DNA of 64,000 nt from a candidate division FCPU426 bacterium. Lineage in GTDB: Bacteria; Oederibacteriota; Muellerivitia; Muellerivitales; Muellerivitaceae. The notes under the pieces were generated by a model, which saw only the letters and a list, made by a program, of their open reading frames with translations, did no database searches and was not told the origin of the DNA. Below are positions 28,901-37,621 of the stretch, piece by piece (the stretch's first letter is position 1; each line of letters opens with the position of its first letter). The translations under genes and the position numbers were made by a program. The stretch is taken from assembly GCA_963719085.1 (NCBI GenBank), contig CAVRAL010000001.1:1312001-1376000 (forward strand). Direction: 5' to 3'.

Positions 28901-31572
28901 CAGTGCTTCTCGTCCGGATGCGACGAGGAGGTGATCTGGGGCTTGTCGGCGTGGGTATCCACCCGCAGGGCGTAGTGGGCGGCCTTGTGGTCGATATTGC
29001 CGGCCTTGTCTTTGGTGGCCACGTGAAAGTACCACTGGCCGTCCCCCGCGATTTCCAAGGTGAGCGTCCTTTTATCGGTGAAGGTGCCGGTCTTGTCATT
29101 GGGCACGCTGTCGTTTTTTTGGTTCAGCGTATAGAAATAACCTTCCACGCCCGAATCATCCAACGGGTCTTCCCAGTGAAGCGTCACTTTTTTCTCGGCG
29201 TACCAGCGCTGGGGTTCCGGATGGGTGGGGGATGAGACCAAAGGCGGCTGGGCCTTGGTATCCACGCAGACTTTGTAATGGGCGGCCTGGTTGGAAAGAT
29301 TCCCGGCCTTATCTTTGGTGCGAACGTGCAAGAACCACTGGCCGTCCTCGATGTCGGGCACGGTAAAGCTGGTTTTGGTCGTCCATTCGGAAGTTTCCGG
29401 ATGCGGCAAGGTGGAAGGGTCTTGGTCCACCGTAAAGTAATAGCCGTCCACACCCGATAACTCTCGCGGCTCCGCCAGCTCGATCTGCATGTCCTTCGCC
29501 TTATACCACTCCCCTTCTTTGGGGTGGGTGGAGGAGCTGATTCCCGGCGGCAAGGCCTTGGTGTCGATCCGGATGGCGAAATGCGCCGCGTTGGGGCCTA
29601 AGTTCCCCGCCTTATCCTGGGTGGACACATGGACGTACCAAAGGCCGTCTTCCAAGGGGCCCAGCGTCTGGCGGTTGGACTCCGTAAAATCACCCGCGGT
29701 CAATCCCGGAACCGTTCCCGGCTCGTGGTCGACCTTCACGAAATAACCCTTCACGCCCGAAAGATCTTCCGGCGCTTCCCAGGCCACCACGGGTGTGGGA
29801 TTGGGCGTCCAGACTTCGGATTTTTTGTGGGTTTCGCTTCCTAGATGGAGCGGCGGCAGGGCTTCGGTGTCGATCTGCGCCTTATAGTGGGTGGCTTCCG
29901 TGCCGATATTCCCCGCCTCATCCACGCCCGCCACGTGAAAATACCAAACGCCTTGGGAAGCCACCGGCAGCACCAAACGGCGCTCCGGGGTGTAAATGGC
30001 GTCCGGTGGAACGGGAAGGGTTTCGGGATAACGGTTTAATTTGTAGTAAAAACCGGCCAGGGGCACCGGAGCCTGGAGCTCGATTTCAATTTGATTCTTT
30101 TTTTGCCATTCCCCCTGTTTGGGGTGGCTGGGAGAGACGACCTTGGGCGGCAAGGCGGGTTTGGTTTTAAAAAAATCTTGCGACGCCGATTCCCGGGAAG
30201 AAGAGCGAAAAGCGCTCACGACCCGGTAGGCATACTGGGTATCGGCTTTTAAATTGGTGAGGCGGACCTTGTGGCTTAAAACCGGGGCCTTGTCGAGAAC
30301 CGCTAAGGAATAATCCGGCGCGCCCCCATCACCTTCAGGGACGATGCCGTAATAAACCTCCGAAGTGGCCGGAATATCGGTTTCCCAAGTCAGGGTCGCG
30401 CGGCAAGAAGTCAGGTCTTCCAGCTTCACGTCTTTCACTTCGGGCATTCGGGCCATATCAAAAGTGGAGCGCAATAAACTGCCGCCATTTTCGGTGCAGG
30501 CGTAAAGATAATCCCCGAACAAGGCGAAGGACCGAACCCCTTCCACATCGCCCGCGAAAGCCGTGGTCCAGTTTTGGCCGTCTTGGGATTTGAGGATGCG
30601 GCCCGAATTGCCGGTTCCGGCGAAAAGGGTATTCTCGAAAACTTCCAGTCCGTAGATATTTAATTCCCGGGCGCTCTCATAAACCCGCTCCCAATCCTTG
30701 CCGTTCTCCGTGCGGTAAAGCGTAATGCCCTTGCCGCCGGAAGCCCCGGCGTAAAGAAAACCGTTAAATTCCTTGAAGGACTGGATGAAATTTTGGCCGG
30801 TGGCCGAGCATTCTTCCCAGTGAACGCCGTCCTCGGTGGAAAAGAGAATGCCGCTGGGGTAGGTGCCCGCGTAAAGTTTTCCTTTAAAGACGCCCATGGC
30901 CGTGACCGCCACTTCGCTGAGCGAAGCCAAATGGTTCCATTGGGTGCCGTCAAAAGCGTAGACCCGGCCTTCGGAGCTGGTGCCGGCGTAAAGGCGGTTT
31001 TTGAATTCGCATAGGGCGTGGACCCGGTCCTCGCCGGTGGAAAAGGCATCCTTCCAAGTTTCCCCATCGGCGCTTTGGTAAATGGCTCCGTTGAGATTGG
31101 TTCCGGCGAAAAGGGAAACTTCCTTGCCCGGGGGGGCGTAGGTCGCCAGGCAATAAATTTGGGTGACATAGTCCCCTTCGCCCTCAGAGCCCGGCTGGGG
31201 ATTAAAAAATTTGGAGTTGCTGTTGGTGACGACATGGGCTTTCCAGGAGCCCGGCGCGCCGCTGCCGGACAAAAGCACCTTATCCCGGTTGGTGGCGGCC
31301 ACCAGCTTGCCCTTATATTCTAAAAGATCGTAAAAAATCGGGATTTCGGGAAAAGACTCGCTGGAAGAGAAAAAAGCCGGGGCCGCCGAGGCGAAATAAA
31401 GGTCGATGGCGTTCTTCAGTTTTTCCAGGGCGTCCTTGGCGTTTTTGCCCTGGGCCTGACAGCCGGGCAAAAGCGGGCAGCGGGCCACCACTTGGCCATG
31501 GGCCCGGGTTTCCAATTCCACCGGGAAATCGTAAGGAAAGGTCTTTTGGGCTGGGTGCTTTTCTTTTTTCAA
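25984..31572 (-). CDS. Giant multidomain protein: HicB-like domain, beta-propeller, FN3, ten SxTHP Ig-like repeats, carboxypeptidase-regulatory-like domain, FlgD-Ig-like C-terminus
   Basis: VARCPLLPGCQAQGKNAKDALEKLKNAIDLYF; LYAGT blades; repeated S.THP..W...GYY...DG.WYFHV..DKAGN units; TTG start. Confidence 0.85.
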   Translation of the reverse strand: MKKEKHPAQKTFPYDFPVELETRAHGQVVARCPLLPGCQAQGKNAKDALEKLKNAIDLYFASAAPAFFSSSESFPEIPIFYDLLEYKGKLVAATNRDKVLLSGSGAPGSWKAHVVTNSNSKFFNPQPGSEGEGDYVTQIYCLATYAPPGKEVSLFAGTNLNGAIYQSADGETWKDAFSTGEDRVHALCEFKNRLYAGTSSEGRVYAFDGTQWNHLASLSEVAVTAMGVFKGKLYAGTYPSGILFSTEDGVHWEECSATGQNFIQSFKEFNGFLYAGASGGKGITLYRTENGKDWERVYESARELNIYGLEVFENTLFAGTGNSGRILKSQDGQNWTTAFAGDVEGVRSFALFGDYLYACTENGGSLLRSTFDMARMPEVKDVKLEDLTSCRATLTWETDIPATSEVYYGIVPEGDGGAPDYSLAVLDKAPVLSHKVRLTNLKADTQYAYRVVSAFRSSSRESASQDFFKTKPALPPKVVSPSHPKQGEWQKKNQIEIELQAPVPLAGFYYKLNRYPETLPVPPDAIYTPERRLVLPVASQGVWYFHVAGVDEAGNIGTEATHYKAQIDTEALPPLHLGSETHKKSEVWTPNPTPVVAWEAPEDLSGVKGYFVKVDHEPGTVPGLTAGDFTESNRQTLGPLEDGLWYVHVSTQDKAGNLGPNAAHFAIRIDTKALPPGISSSTHPKEGEWYKAKDMQIELAEPRELSGVDGYYFTVDQDPSTLPHPETSEWTTKTSFTVPDIEDGQWFLHVRTKDKAGNLSNQAAHYKVCVDTKAQPPLVSSPTHPEPQRWYAEKKVTLHWEDPLDDSGVEGYFYTLNQKNDSVPNDKTGTFTDKRTLTLEIAGDGQWYFHVATKDKAGNIDHKAAHYALRVDTHADKPQITSSSHPDEKHWVSKSKAQFKFHPPADPSGITGYYYTFSEDEKVTPDPKSSAFLESTDLEIDVPRDGIHILSVICQDAAGNTSPEPARYRIKVDTHVAAPVLTSPTHPNPEGWMVARRVELFWKEPVDLSGIEGYYFAVNSEEHWKPLAEKMTWITGTHTVFTLPDDGVWYAHVSAKDKAGNFGEAGRLKIQVDSSAKPPLVKSATHPAHHWVKSQTPQFTWEDPAELSGVDGYYLLIDGHPGTIPTPENGQWVKANQFQAPALKDGKWYFHITTKDKVGNLSREAAHYPVFIDTTAPKSKLNPLPLFLDRTQIPVTWEAVDAGSDVACFDVQVKAGPNGAWTDWLVDTYERGASYQGQDGQRFAFRCRAKDKVGNVEPFPSVEMASVTLDISPPPPVVSLKALSRPHGDIELKWDPVNDRVSGTAYYRVYRWVEGEKKQKISIDGEVKEPGFMDKGTGLRENTAYYYCAQAVDKMGNEQHEDNQTAAALSDHGVDAPEITSPTHPPDQWSTNAAPLLIWKAPSDATGIAGYYHLLDEHPTTKPEPGKATGTEELRASLSNLKSGIWYFHLVARDRAGNFSEPAHYRMKVDLERPAPPEVVSTSHPDESRWYQASKVYFQLAPRPKLSGFEAFYYVFDRSAKTIPDLSTVVRTTESGFTALAGEPGTWYLHVVCRDGAGNVSDPNHLAVRVAGSQIPPPLVESPTHPKEDEATPIFNPIFHLRSNTDVKYEAIGYIYKLSRQEDDKLTADDVFTSESNIELKDIPEGTWYFHVAAVDAKGKPAPLTAHRKIIIRKLSQLNGRFFRKDAATPVSGTKIELAKNDQVVATAVTDVKGAFYFSNMPEGKYEIRLHSDQFPVLRLKDIALEPEENGKAHLFVEDMGFFPIPPVPGPIRFYYFLKEDCQVTLEVFDSTGGLIDKIEERREGGAYAVSVWDATGKAEGEYLYKLSAKSITKNAVSRFSVKKLKMQKAASKAQEPQPTTA

Positions 31573-31661
31573 TCGCCGTTCCGCAAGTGGGGTCAGCCCG
31601 GGAAGAAGAGCCGGGGAGGGCTATTTTAAACAAACCCAGGCCAAAACCGAAGTAAAACCAT

Positions 31662-31741
31662 TTCACCGCCAAGACGCCCCGCCAGCCTATTTCAGGCTAA
31701 CCACCGCTGGACAGTGCCGCCCTTGGGCTTGGGCGGTGAAA
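31662..31741. repeat. Intergenic inverted-repeat element (ACCGCCAAGACGCC family)
   Basis: ttcaccgccaagacgcc ... cttgggcttgggcggtgaa. Confidence 0.6.
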
Positions 31742-31791
31742 ACTGTGTTGTCTGTGATTTGTTTGAGGATTCCAGCCCTATTCGCCGCGCT

Positions 31792-33705
31792 TTACCGCAA
31801 GAGGACGATTTTGGCCTCGCGGATCCGCAAGGGTTCGGTCTCGTAAAGGATATAAACACCGCTGGCGCAGTTTTGCTTGAGGTAGTTTTGGCCGTACCAG
31901 AGATAAGAATGAAAAGTGCCGTCCGAAGGCTCTCCCATCCCCAAATCAACGATAAATTCCCCCGCGGAGTTATAAATTTTCAAGCCGTGCTGGCCGGCGA
32001 TCGGGTAACTGACATAGATCGAAACCGGGTCGGAGCCCGAGGTGATCACGTTTTTCGAGATATAAAAGTCCTCCGGCCCCGGAGTGTCGGTGATGGTCGG
32101 CGTCAGGGTGATGGTGGGGGTGAAGGTCACGGTAGGCGTCGGAGTGATCGTGGGGGTCCAGCTAGGGGTGAAGCTCGGCGTGGGCGTCAAGGACACCGTC
32201 GGGGTCGGCGTCTGGGTCGGAGTCCGGCTGAAAGTGGCGGTCAAGGTCGGTGTCTTCGTGATGGTCACTGTGAAGGTCAAAGTCTCGGTCGGGGTGTTCG
32301 TGATCGTTCGGGTGGGGGTGGGGGTCAAGGTCGCGCTGGGTGTCAGGGTCAAGGTCGGTGTTTTTGTATCAGTCCTGGTGCTCGTCGGCGACGGGGTTGA
32401 AGTGACCGTCGCTGTAAAGACCGGGGTCTGGGTGAGGGTCGGGGTGCGCGTGGAGGTCGCCGTCAGGGTACTGGTGATGGTTTGCGTCAAAGTGGGGGTC
32501 AAAGTCCCCGTCAGGGTCTGGGTGGGGGTCGGCGTGCGGCTGGCGGTGACGGTCGGGGTCGGCGTCACGGTAAAGGTGAAAGTCCTCGTGGGTGAAAGCG
32601 TGGGAGTCGCGGTTGGGGTGGCGCCGCAGGCCGCGCCGGTGCAATCCGACACCAAATTGGCGCAAAGTTTGAATTGGCCCCCGCCATAGTTGGGATTAAT
32701 ATCATCCACCGTAAAGGTGATGGTATTGGCGCCGCACTGAAACAGCGCCGGTGAAATAACCGTGTTCGGGCCGCTCGCGCAGACCGCGTTCCCGATATTA
32801 CTGCATTGGACCGCCGCCGCCCCGTTGACCGAAACCGCCATTTGGTCGTCCATGCCATAACATAAGTTGAAAGTCGAGGCCGCGATGTCCACGCCCGGCG
32901 GGATCATCAAAGTCCGGGTATCCGTGAAAACGCTTCCCCCGACCCCGCCATCGTAACCGCCCGCCGTCAGAGCGAACCAAGTGGTGCCACAGGAATCGTT
33001 GAATCGACCTGGAACCGAAGCCGTCAGAAAAAGACCCGGGGTATCCCCCCCATCCCCGCTGCTCAGGCAGGTCGTGACCGTGGCGGGAACACAAGCCGGC
33101 GGAGGCGTCGGCGTGAGCGTCGGAGTCGGGGTAACCCCGCCGCCGCAAACCGCGCCGGTACAATCCGACACCAAATTGGCGCAAAACCTAAACTCACCGC
33201 CATAGGAAGCCGGCGCCGTATCATGCACCGTGAAGGCGATCGTATTGGTCCCACATTGGAACAAACTGGGCGACAGGATGGTATTGGGTCCGGTCCCGCA
33301 AATGCCGCCGCCGGAGTTAGTGCATTGAACCGCCGCCGCCCCATTCACCGTCACCGCCATTTGGTCGTCCATGCCGTAGCACAAATTGAAGGTCGAGGCC
33401 GCGATGTCCACGCCCGGCGAGATAAAAAGGAACCGGGTATCCGTAAAACTCTTGCCGGCTACGCCACCGTCCGTCGTGTCGATGCTGGCGGACACCCAAG
33501 TGGCCGAGCAGGAATCCACCCACCCATGGTCGGAAGGAACGGGAAAGGTGTAGAGGCCGGGCGTGTCCCCCCCGTCCCCGCTGGAAAAACAAGCCGTGGC
33601 CGTCGTCGGGGCGCATTGGGCGAAGGCGTTTTCCGCCGTGCCCCAAACCACGGTTAACAATGCGGCCCAAAATAAATTCATTCGTTTTTTTCGTCCCAAA
33701 CCCAT
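31792..33705 (-). CDS. Secreted protein with two Cys-rich beta domains, long Thr-Pro linker and FlgD-Ig-like tail
   Basis: Signal peptide ending AFA-Q; (TPT)n linker; KIYNSAGEFI...W.G.N...ASGVY tail; start may be 33681. Confidence 0.8.
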   Translation of the reverse strand: MGLGRKKRMNLFWAALLTVVWGTAENAFAQCAPTTATACFSSGDGGDTPGLYTFPVPSDHGWVDSCSATWVSASIDTTDGGVAGKSFTDTRFLFISPGVDIAASTFNLCYGMDDQMAVTVNGAAAVQCTNSGGGICGTGPNTILSPSLFQCGTNTIAFTVHDTAPASYGGEFRFCANLVSDCTGAVCGGGVTPTPTLTPTPPPACVPATVTTCLSSGDGGDTPGLFLTASVPGRFNDSCGTTWFALTAGGYDGGVGGSVFTDTRTLMIPPGVDIAASTFNLCYGMDDQMAVSVNGAAAVQCSNIGNAVCASGPNTVISPALFQCGANTITFTVDDINPNYGGGQFKLCANLVSDCTGAACGATPTATPTLSPTRTFTFTVTPTPTVTASRTPTPTQTLTGTLTPTLTQTITSTLTATSTRTPTLTQTPVFTATVTSTPSPTSTRTDTKTPTLTLTPSATLTPTPTRTITNTPTETLTFTVTITKTPTLTATFSRTPTQTPTPTVSLTPTPSFTPSWTPTITPTPTVTFTPTITLTPTITDTPGPEDFYISKNVITSGSDPVSIYVSYPIAGQHGLKIYNSAGEFIVDLGMGEPSDGTFHSYLWYGQNYLKQNCASGVYILYETEPLRIREAKIVLLR

Positions 33706-34665
33706 ACCTCGAAAAGCAAATAAGCGGCGGTTAACAAAAATCAAAACGGCCCAAACGCGGACCCTCAAGGGATAACTAGAAGTTTCCCCCGAGCGAGCGC
33801 CTTTTGGCCGCCGACGACCACGTAATAATAGATTCCCGGCGAAACAAGAACCCCGCCGTGGTTTTTTCCATTCCACTCGGTGGGATCCCCCGCCGGGCTG
33901 AGGGTGTTTACCCATTCCCCGGAAACCGTATAGACCGAAAATTGGGCGTTGTACTCGGGCAAACAACTGATTTTGAGCGATTGGCCCTGGGCGAATTGCG
34001 GGCTAAAGGGAACGGGCCAAACATGGATCTGGCAAGGCGGCGTGGCGGTGGGGCTGGGCGTGGGGCTTAAAGTAAGCGTGGGAGAGGGTGTCACCGTCAA
34101 AGTGGGGGTAATGGTCGGCGTCAAACTGGGAGTGGGGGTGAAGGTCGGACTGGGAGTCATTGTTAAGGAAGGCGTAGGGGTAACCCCGCCGCCACAAACC
34201 GCGCCGGTGCAACCCGACACCAAATTGGCGCAAAACCTAAACTCACCGCCATAGGAAGCCGGCGCCGTATCGTGCACCGTGAAGGCGATCGTATTGGTCC
34301 CACATTGGAACAAGCTGGGCGACAGGATAGTGTTGGGCCCGGTCCCGCAAATACCGCCTCCGGAGTTAGTGCATTGAACCGCCGCCGCCCCATTGACCGT
34401 CACCGCCATTTGGTCATCCATGCCGTAGCACAAATTGAAGGTCGAGGCCGCGATATCCACGCCCGCCGGGATGAACAGCGTCCGGGTATCCGTGAAGCTC
34501 TTCCCGGCCACGCCCCCGTCCGTCGTATCGATGCTGGCGGACACCCAGGTGGCCGAGCAGGAATCCACCCACCCATGGAGGGCGGGATTGGAAAAAGTAT
34601 AAAGACCCGGCGTATCCCCCCCATCCCCGCTGGTTAGGCAAGTCGTGACCGTGGTCGGCACGCAG
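32617..34665. repeat. Three copies of a ~480-bp Cys-rich domain, shared across two genes
   Basis: ~34177-34665 nearly identical to ~33128-33620; more diverged copy ~32617-33095. Confidence 0.85.
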
Positions 34666-37538
34666 GCGGGAGTGGGAGTCGGCGTGGCTGTCGCGGTGAG
34701 GGCGGCGCAAGTATAGGCCTGAAAATTGGCGGCGCGCACCACGTTCGGCTGGTAAACATTAAAGGTTCGAATGCCTACCCCTCCCGAGGCATAAGGAGCC
34801 AAGTTTGTTCCGGGATCGCTGATATTGCTGAATATCTGCTGGTCCCCGCTTCCAAAATTCACGTAGGCGTTGAACAGGCTCCCGGTCACCACCACTTTTA
34901 AATGCACCCAAGTCCCCGGCACATAAGCGGGAGTGTAAACAAATGAGCCTAAATAACTGTAACCAAATCCGCCGGTCGCGGTTTGCTTTTCAATCTCCCA
35001 ATTGGTGGAGTTCCATTGAAAGATATAGGCTTGACCAACGGCTGTTTGCCGAAACACCAGTCCGAACAAGCCTCCGGCCTGATCCATTTCAAAATCTCCT
35101 TCCACCGTATAATCGCTGTTGGTCTGGCTGAAGAGGGCGTTGTTGACGGATAAATAACCGCCGTTGGCGTCGCTGGATCCGGCGGGCGGGTTCTCCACCA
35201 GCTCAGGGGCGCCGCCCGTCACCGTGAATCCCATGGCGGCGGCGGAAGAGGGGTCCCAATGCTCATCCGTGAAAGTGTAATTCGAAAGACTGCCGCTATT
35301 CGCGAAACCATCCGAGAAGGATTGGCCCGGCCCGCAATTCACGGTTGAAACGGGCGTTGGCACACTGTTCGGAAAGGATAACTTCGCCGCCCAGGCGGTG
35401 TGGGTGCCGGGAGCGCTGGTTTGATAAGCTCCGGAGGTCGTCGGAAAGTTGGAGGAATAGGTATCACCGGCCAAGTAAACATTCCCCGACGTGTCCAAGG
35501 CCAAACCATAACCGCCATCGGCGCTACTGCCGCCAAAATAAGTCGAGTAAAGCAATCCACTCCCCGCCGGGTTGAACTCGGACACGAACGCGTGGGTAGA
35601 ACCGATCCCCGGATCCGCCGGCTGATAGGCCCCGGCGGTCGTGGGAAAGTTGGACGAACTCGTGTATCCCGTCACATAGGCGTCCCCCGCCGAATCTACC
35701 TGGATTCCAAAAGCCAGATCATCGTTATTCCCGCCCAAATAAGTGGAATAGACCAAACCCCCGGTTGAATTCAGTTTTGTGAGAAAAGCGTTGCCGTTAC
35801 CGGCCAAGGCGGTTTGATAAGCCCCGGCCGTCGTGGGAAAATTCGTCGAAGAGGTAGAACCCACTACATAAAGGTTCCCGCCCGCGTCGACGGCGACCTT
35901 ATAACCGACCTCACTGGAAATTCCACCCAGATAGGTGGAATAGACCAGGGCCGATCCCGTTGAATTCAGCTTCACCACAAAAGCGTCCTGGAGGCCGATC
36001 AAGCCGGATTGTAAGGCCCCCCCGGTGGTTGGAAAATCACTTGAGGTCGTATAACCCGTCACATAGGCGTTTCCCGACGCGTCCACGGCGATTCCATAGC
36101 CCCAATCGTTTCCGCTTCCACCCAGATAGGTCGAATAAACCAACGCGCTTCCGGCCGGATTCAACTCCGCGACAAAGGCGTCTCCCGTGCCGCTGGAGCT
36201 TGTTTGAAAAGCTCCCGCGGTGGTGGGAAACGTCCCGAGCGCGGCCTGGCCTGTCACAAAAGCGTCGCCGGCGGAGTCCACATCAATTCCGTAACCGCCC
36301 GTCGTGAGGCTTCCGCCCAAATAAGTCGAATAAATAAACGCGGTCCCGCCGGGGTTCAGCTTGACCACAAAGGCCGACGAGGAACCCAATCGAGTCGTTT
36401 GGAAAGCCCCCGCGGTGTAGGGAAAATTGATCGAAAAAGTGTACCCTGTCACATAGGCGTCCCCCGCCGAATCCACCTTAATATTCTGCCCCTCATCCGC
36501 GCTGGTTCCCCCAAAAAAAGTCGAATAAACCAACGCGCTCCCCGCGGGATTGAACTTCGAAACGAAGACATCGGTGTTCCCGCCCAAAAGAGTTTGCACG
36601 GCGCCGGCGGTTGTCGGAAAATTAGTCGAGGCGGTCCAACCCGTCACATAGGCGCTCCCGGCGCCGTCGACCGCGATCGAGTAGGCGAAATCCCCGCCGC
36701 TGCCTCCCAGGTAGGTGGAATAAACCAAGGTGGGATCAATGACCAAGGGAGCGCTTTTGTCGTAGGCCCCCAACGAAAACCCAATCTCATCCCGGCCTAT
36801 CCCAACAAACTTCCCCGCGACGAAAACCTTCCTTGTCCCCCCGCCTTGGTAAACCACCGGTTTTTGAAAAACCAGCGGGCCCGCTTTCGTCTCCAAAGCG
36901 AGGTTTCCTTGGGGGTCGATCCGGACTTTTCGGGCGCCCTGAAACTTGAGCCGAATCTCTTTCGGGTCGGCTCCCGGCTTCAGTTGGAAATCATATTCCA
37001 GGCGCCCCTGGTTCCCGTAATACACCATGTCGATACCGGGATACACTTCCCGGGCGCTGACCCGCCCGAAGTTCCCCACCCCCCGGCGCCAGTTTTCGGG
37101 ATCATTGCCGATTAAATAATTGGATTTACTTTTTAACGGGTCCAAACCCTCCAACGAGCACAAACGATTGCCGCCCATCAGCCTCATCCGAACCACCTGG
37201 CTGACGCTGTTCCCAGGTTTGGAAGAGGCTCCGTGAACAGCCAGTACGGCCTCCGCCGGGGTTAGGAAAAGCGAATAGCCGCTCCCGCGGGACAGAAACC
37301 GGACTTGGGAGTCGGTTTGACCCTGATTCTTCTCAAATCGCAGGGGCAAATTGCCATAGACCTTTTGGAGTTTCTTTTCGGAGGCCGGATCAAGCGCCGG
37401 GGCGGACGCCGTTAAATGGGTCCAGGCGTTGGAAACCACAACGGGCTGGATAAAAAAAAGGAAAAGGGCCGGGAGCATAAGCCAGCGAAAACGATTTGAG
37501 GAACGGTTTAAAATGTAAGCCAGCCGGTCAAAAGACAT
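33765..37538 (-). CDS. Secreted SBBP beta-propeller repeat protein with lectin-like, Cys-rich and FlgD-Ig-like domains
   Basis: FEKNQGQ, EVYPGID, LVIDP.LVYSTYLGG; repeated IAVD.AG.AYVTG.T.S.NFPTT.GA units. Confidence 0.9.
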   Translation of the reverse strand: MSFDRLAYILNRSSNRFRWLMLPALFLFFIQPVVVSNAWTHLTASAPALDPASEKKLQKVYGNLPLRFEKNQGQTDSQVRFLSRGSGYSLFLTPAEAVLAVHGASSKPGNSVSQVVRMRLMGGNRLCSLEGLDPLKSKSNYLIGNDPENWRRGVGNFGRVSAREVYPGIDMVYYGNQGRLEYDFQLKPGADPKEIRLKFQGARKVRIDPQGNLALETKAGPLVFQKPVVYQGGGTRKVFVAGKFVGIGRDEIGFSLGAYDKSAPLVIDPTLVYSTYLGGSGGDFAYSIAVDGAGSAYVTGWTASTNFPTTAGAVQTLLGGNTDVFVSKFNPAGSALVYSTFFGGTSADEGQNIKVDSAGDAYVTGYTFSINFPYTAGAFQTTRLGSSSAFVVKLNPGGTAFIYSTYLGGSLTTGGYGIDVDSAGDAFVTGQAALGTFPTTAGAFQTSSSGTGDAFVAELNPAGSALVYSTYLGGSGNDWGYGIAVDASGNAYVTGYTTSSDFPTTGGALQSGLIGLQDAFVVKLNSTGSALVYSTYLGGISSEVGYKVAVDAGGNLYVVGSTSSTNFPTTAGAYQTALAGNGNAFLTKLNSTGGLVYSTYLGGNNDDLAFGIQVDSAGDAYVTGYTSSSNFPTTAGAYQPADPGIGSTHAFVSEFNPAGSGLLYSTYFGGSSADGGYGLALDTSGNVYLAGDTYSSNFPTTSGAYQTSAPGTHTAWAAKLSFPNSVPTPVSTVNCGPGQSFSDGFANSGSLSNYTFTDEHWDPSSAAAMGFTVTGGAPELVENPPAGSSDANGGYLSVNNALFSQTNSDYTVEGDFEMDQAGGLFGLVFRQTAVGQAYIFQWNSTNWEIEKQTATGGFGYSYLGSFVYTPAYVPGTWVHLKVVVTGSLFNAYVNFGSGDQQIFSNISDPGTNLAPYASGGVGIRTFNVYQPNVVRAANFQAYTCAALTATATPTPTPACVPTTVTTCLTSGDGGDTPGLYTFSNPALHGWVDSCSATWVSASIDTTDGGVAGKSFTDTRTLFIPAGVDIAASTFNLCYGMDDQMAVTVNGAAAVQCTNSGGGICGTGPNTILSPSLFQCGTNTIAFTVHDTAPASYGGEFRFCANLVSGCTGAVCGGGVTPTPSLTMTPSPTFTPTPSLTPTITPTLTVTPSPTLTLSPTPSPTATPPCQIHVWPVPFSPQFAQGQSLKISCLPEYNAQFSVYTVSGEWVNTLSPAGDPTEWNGKNHGGVLVSPGIYYYVVVGGQKALARGKLLVIP

Positions 37539-37621
37539 TATATATTTCCCATCAAACAGCAAATAAAACCCAAAATATAAAGCCAATAGATTAAAAACTT
37601 ATCACATTGCTTATAAGAGAG

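Noticed and set aside
32084..32689. Val/Gly-rich ORF on + strand
   Set aside because: Antisense shadow of the Thr-Pro linker.
33128..34665. Diversity-generating retroelement TR/VR pair
   Set aside because: Both copies are coding, mismatches are mostly synonymous and not adenine-specific, and there is no reverse transcriptase in the window.
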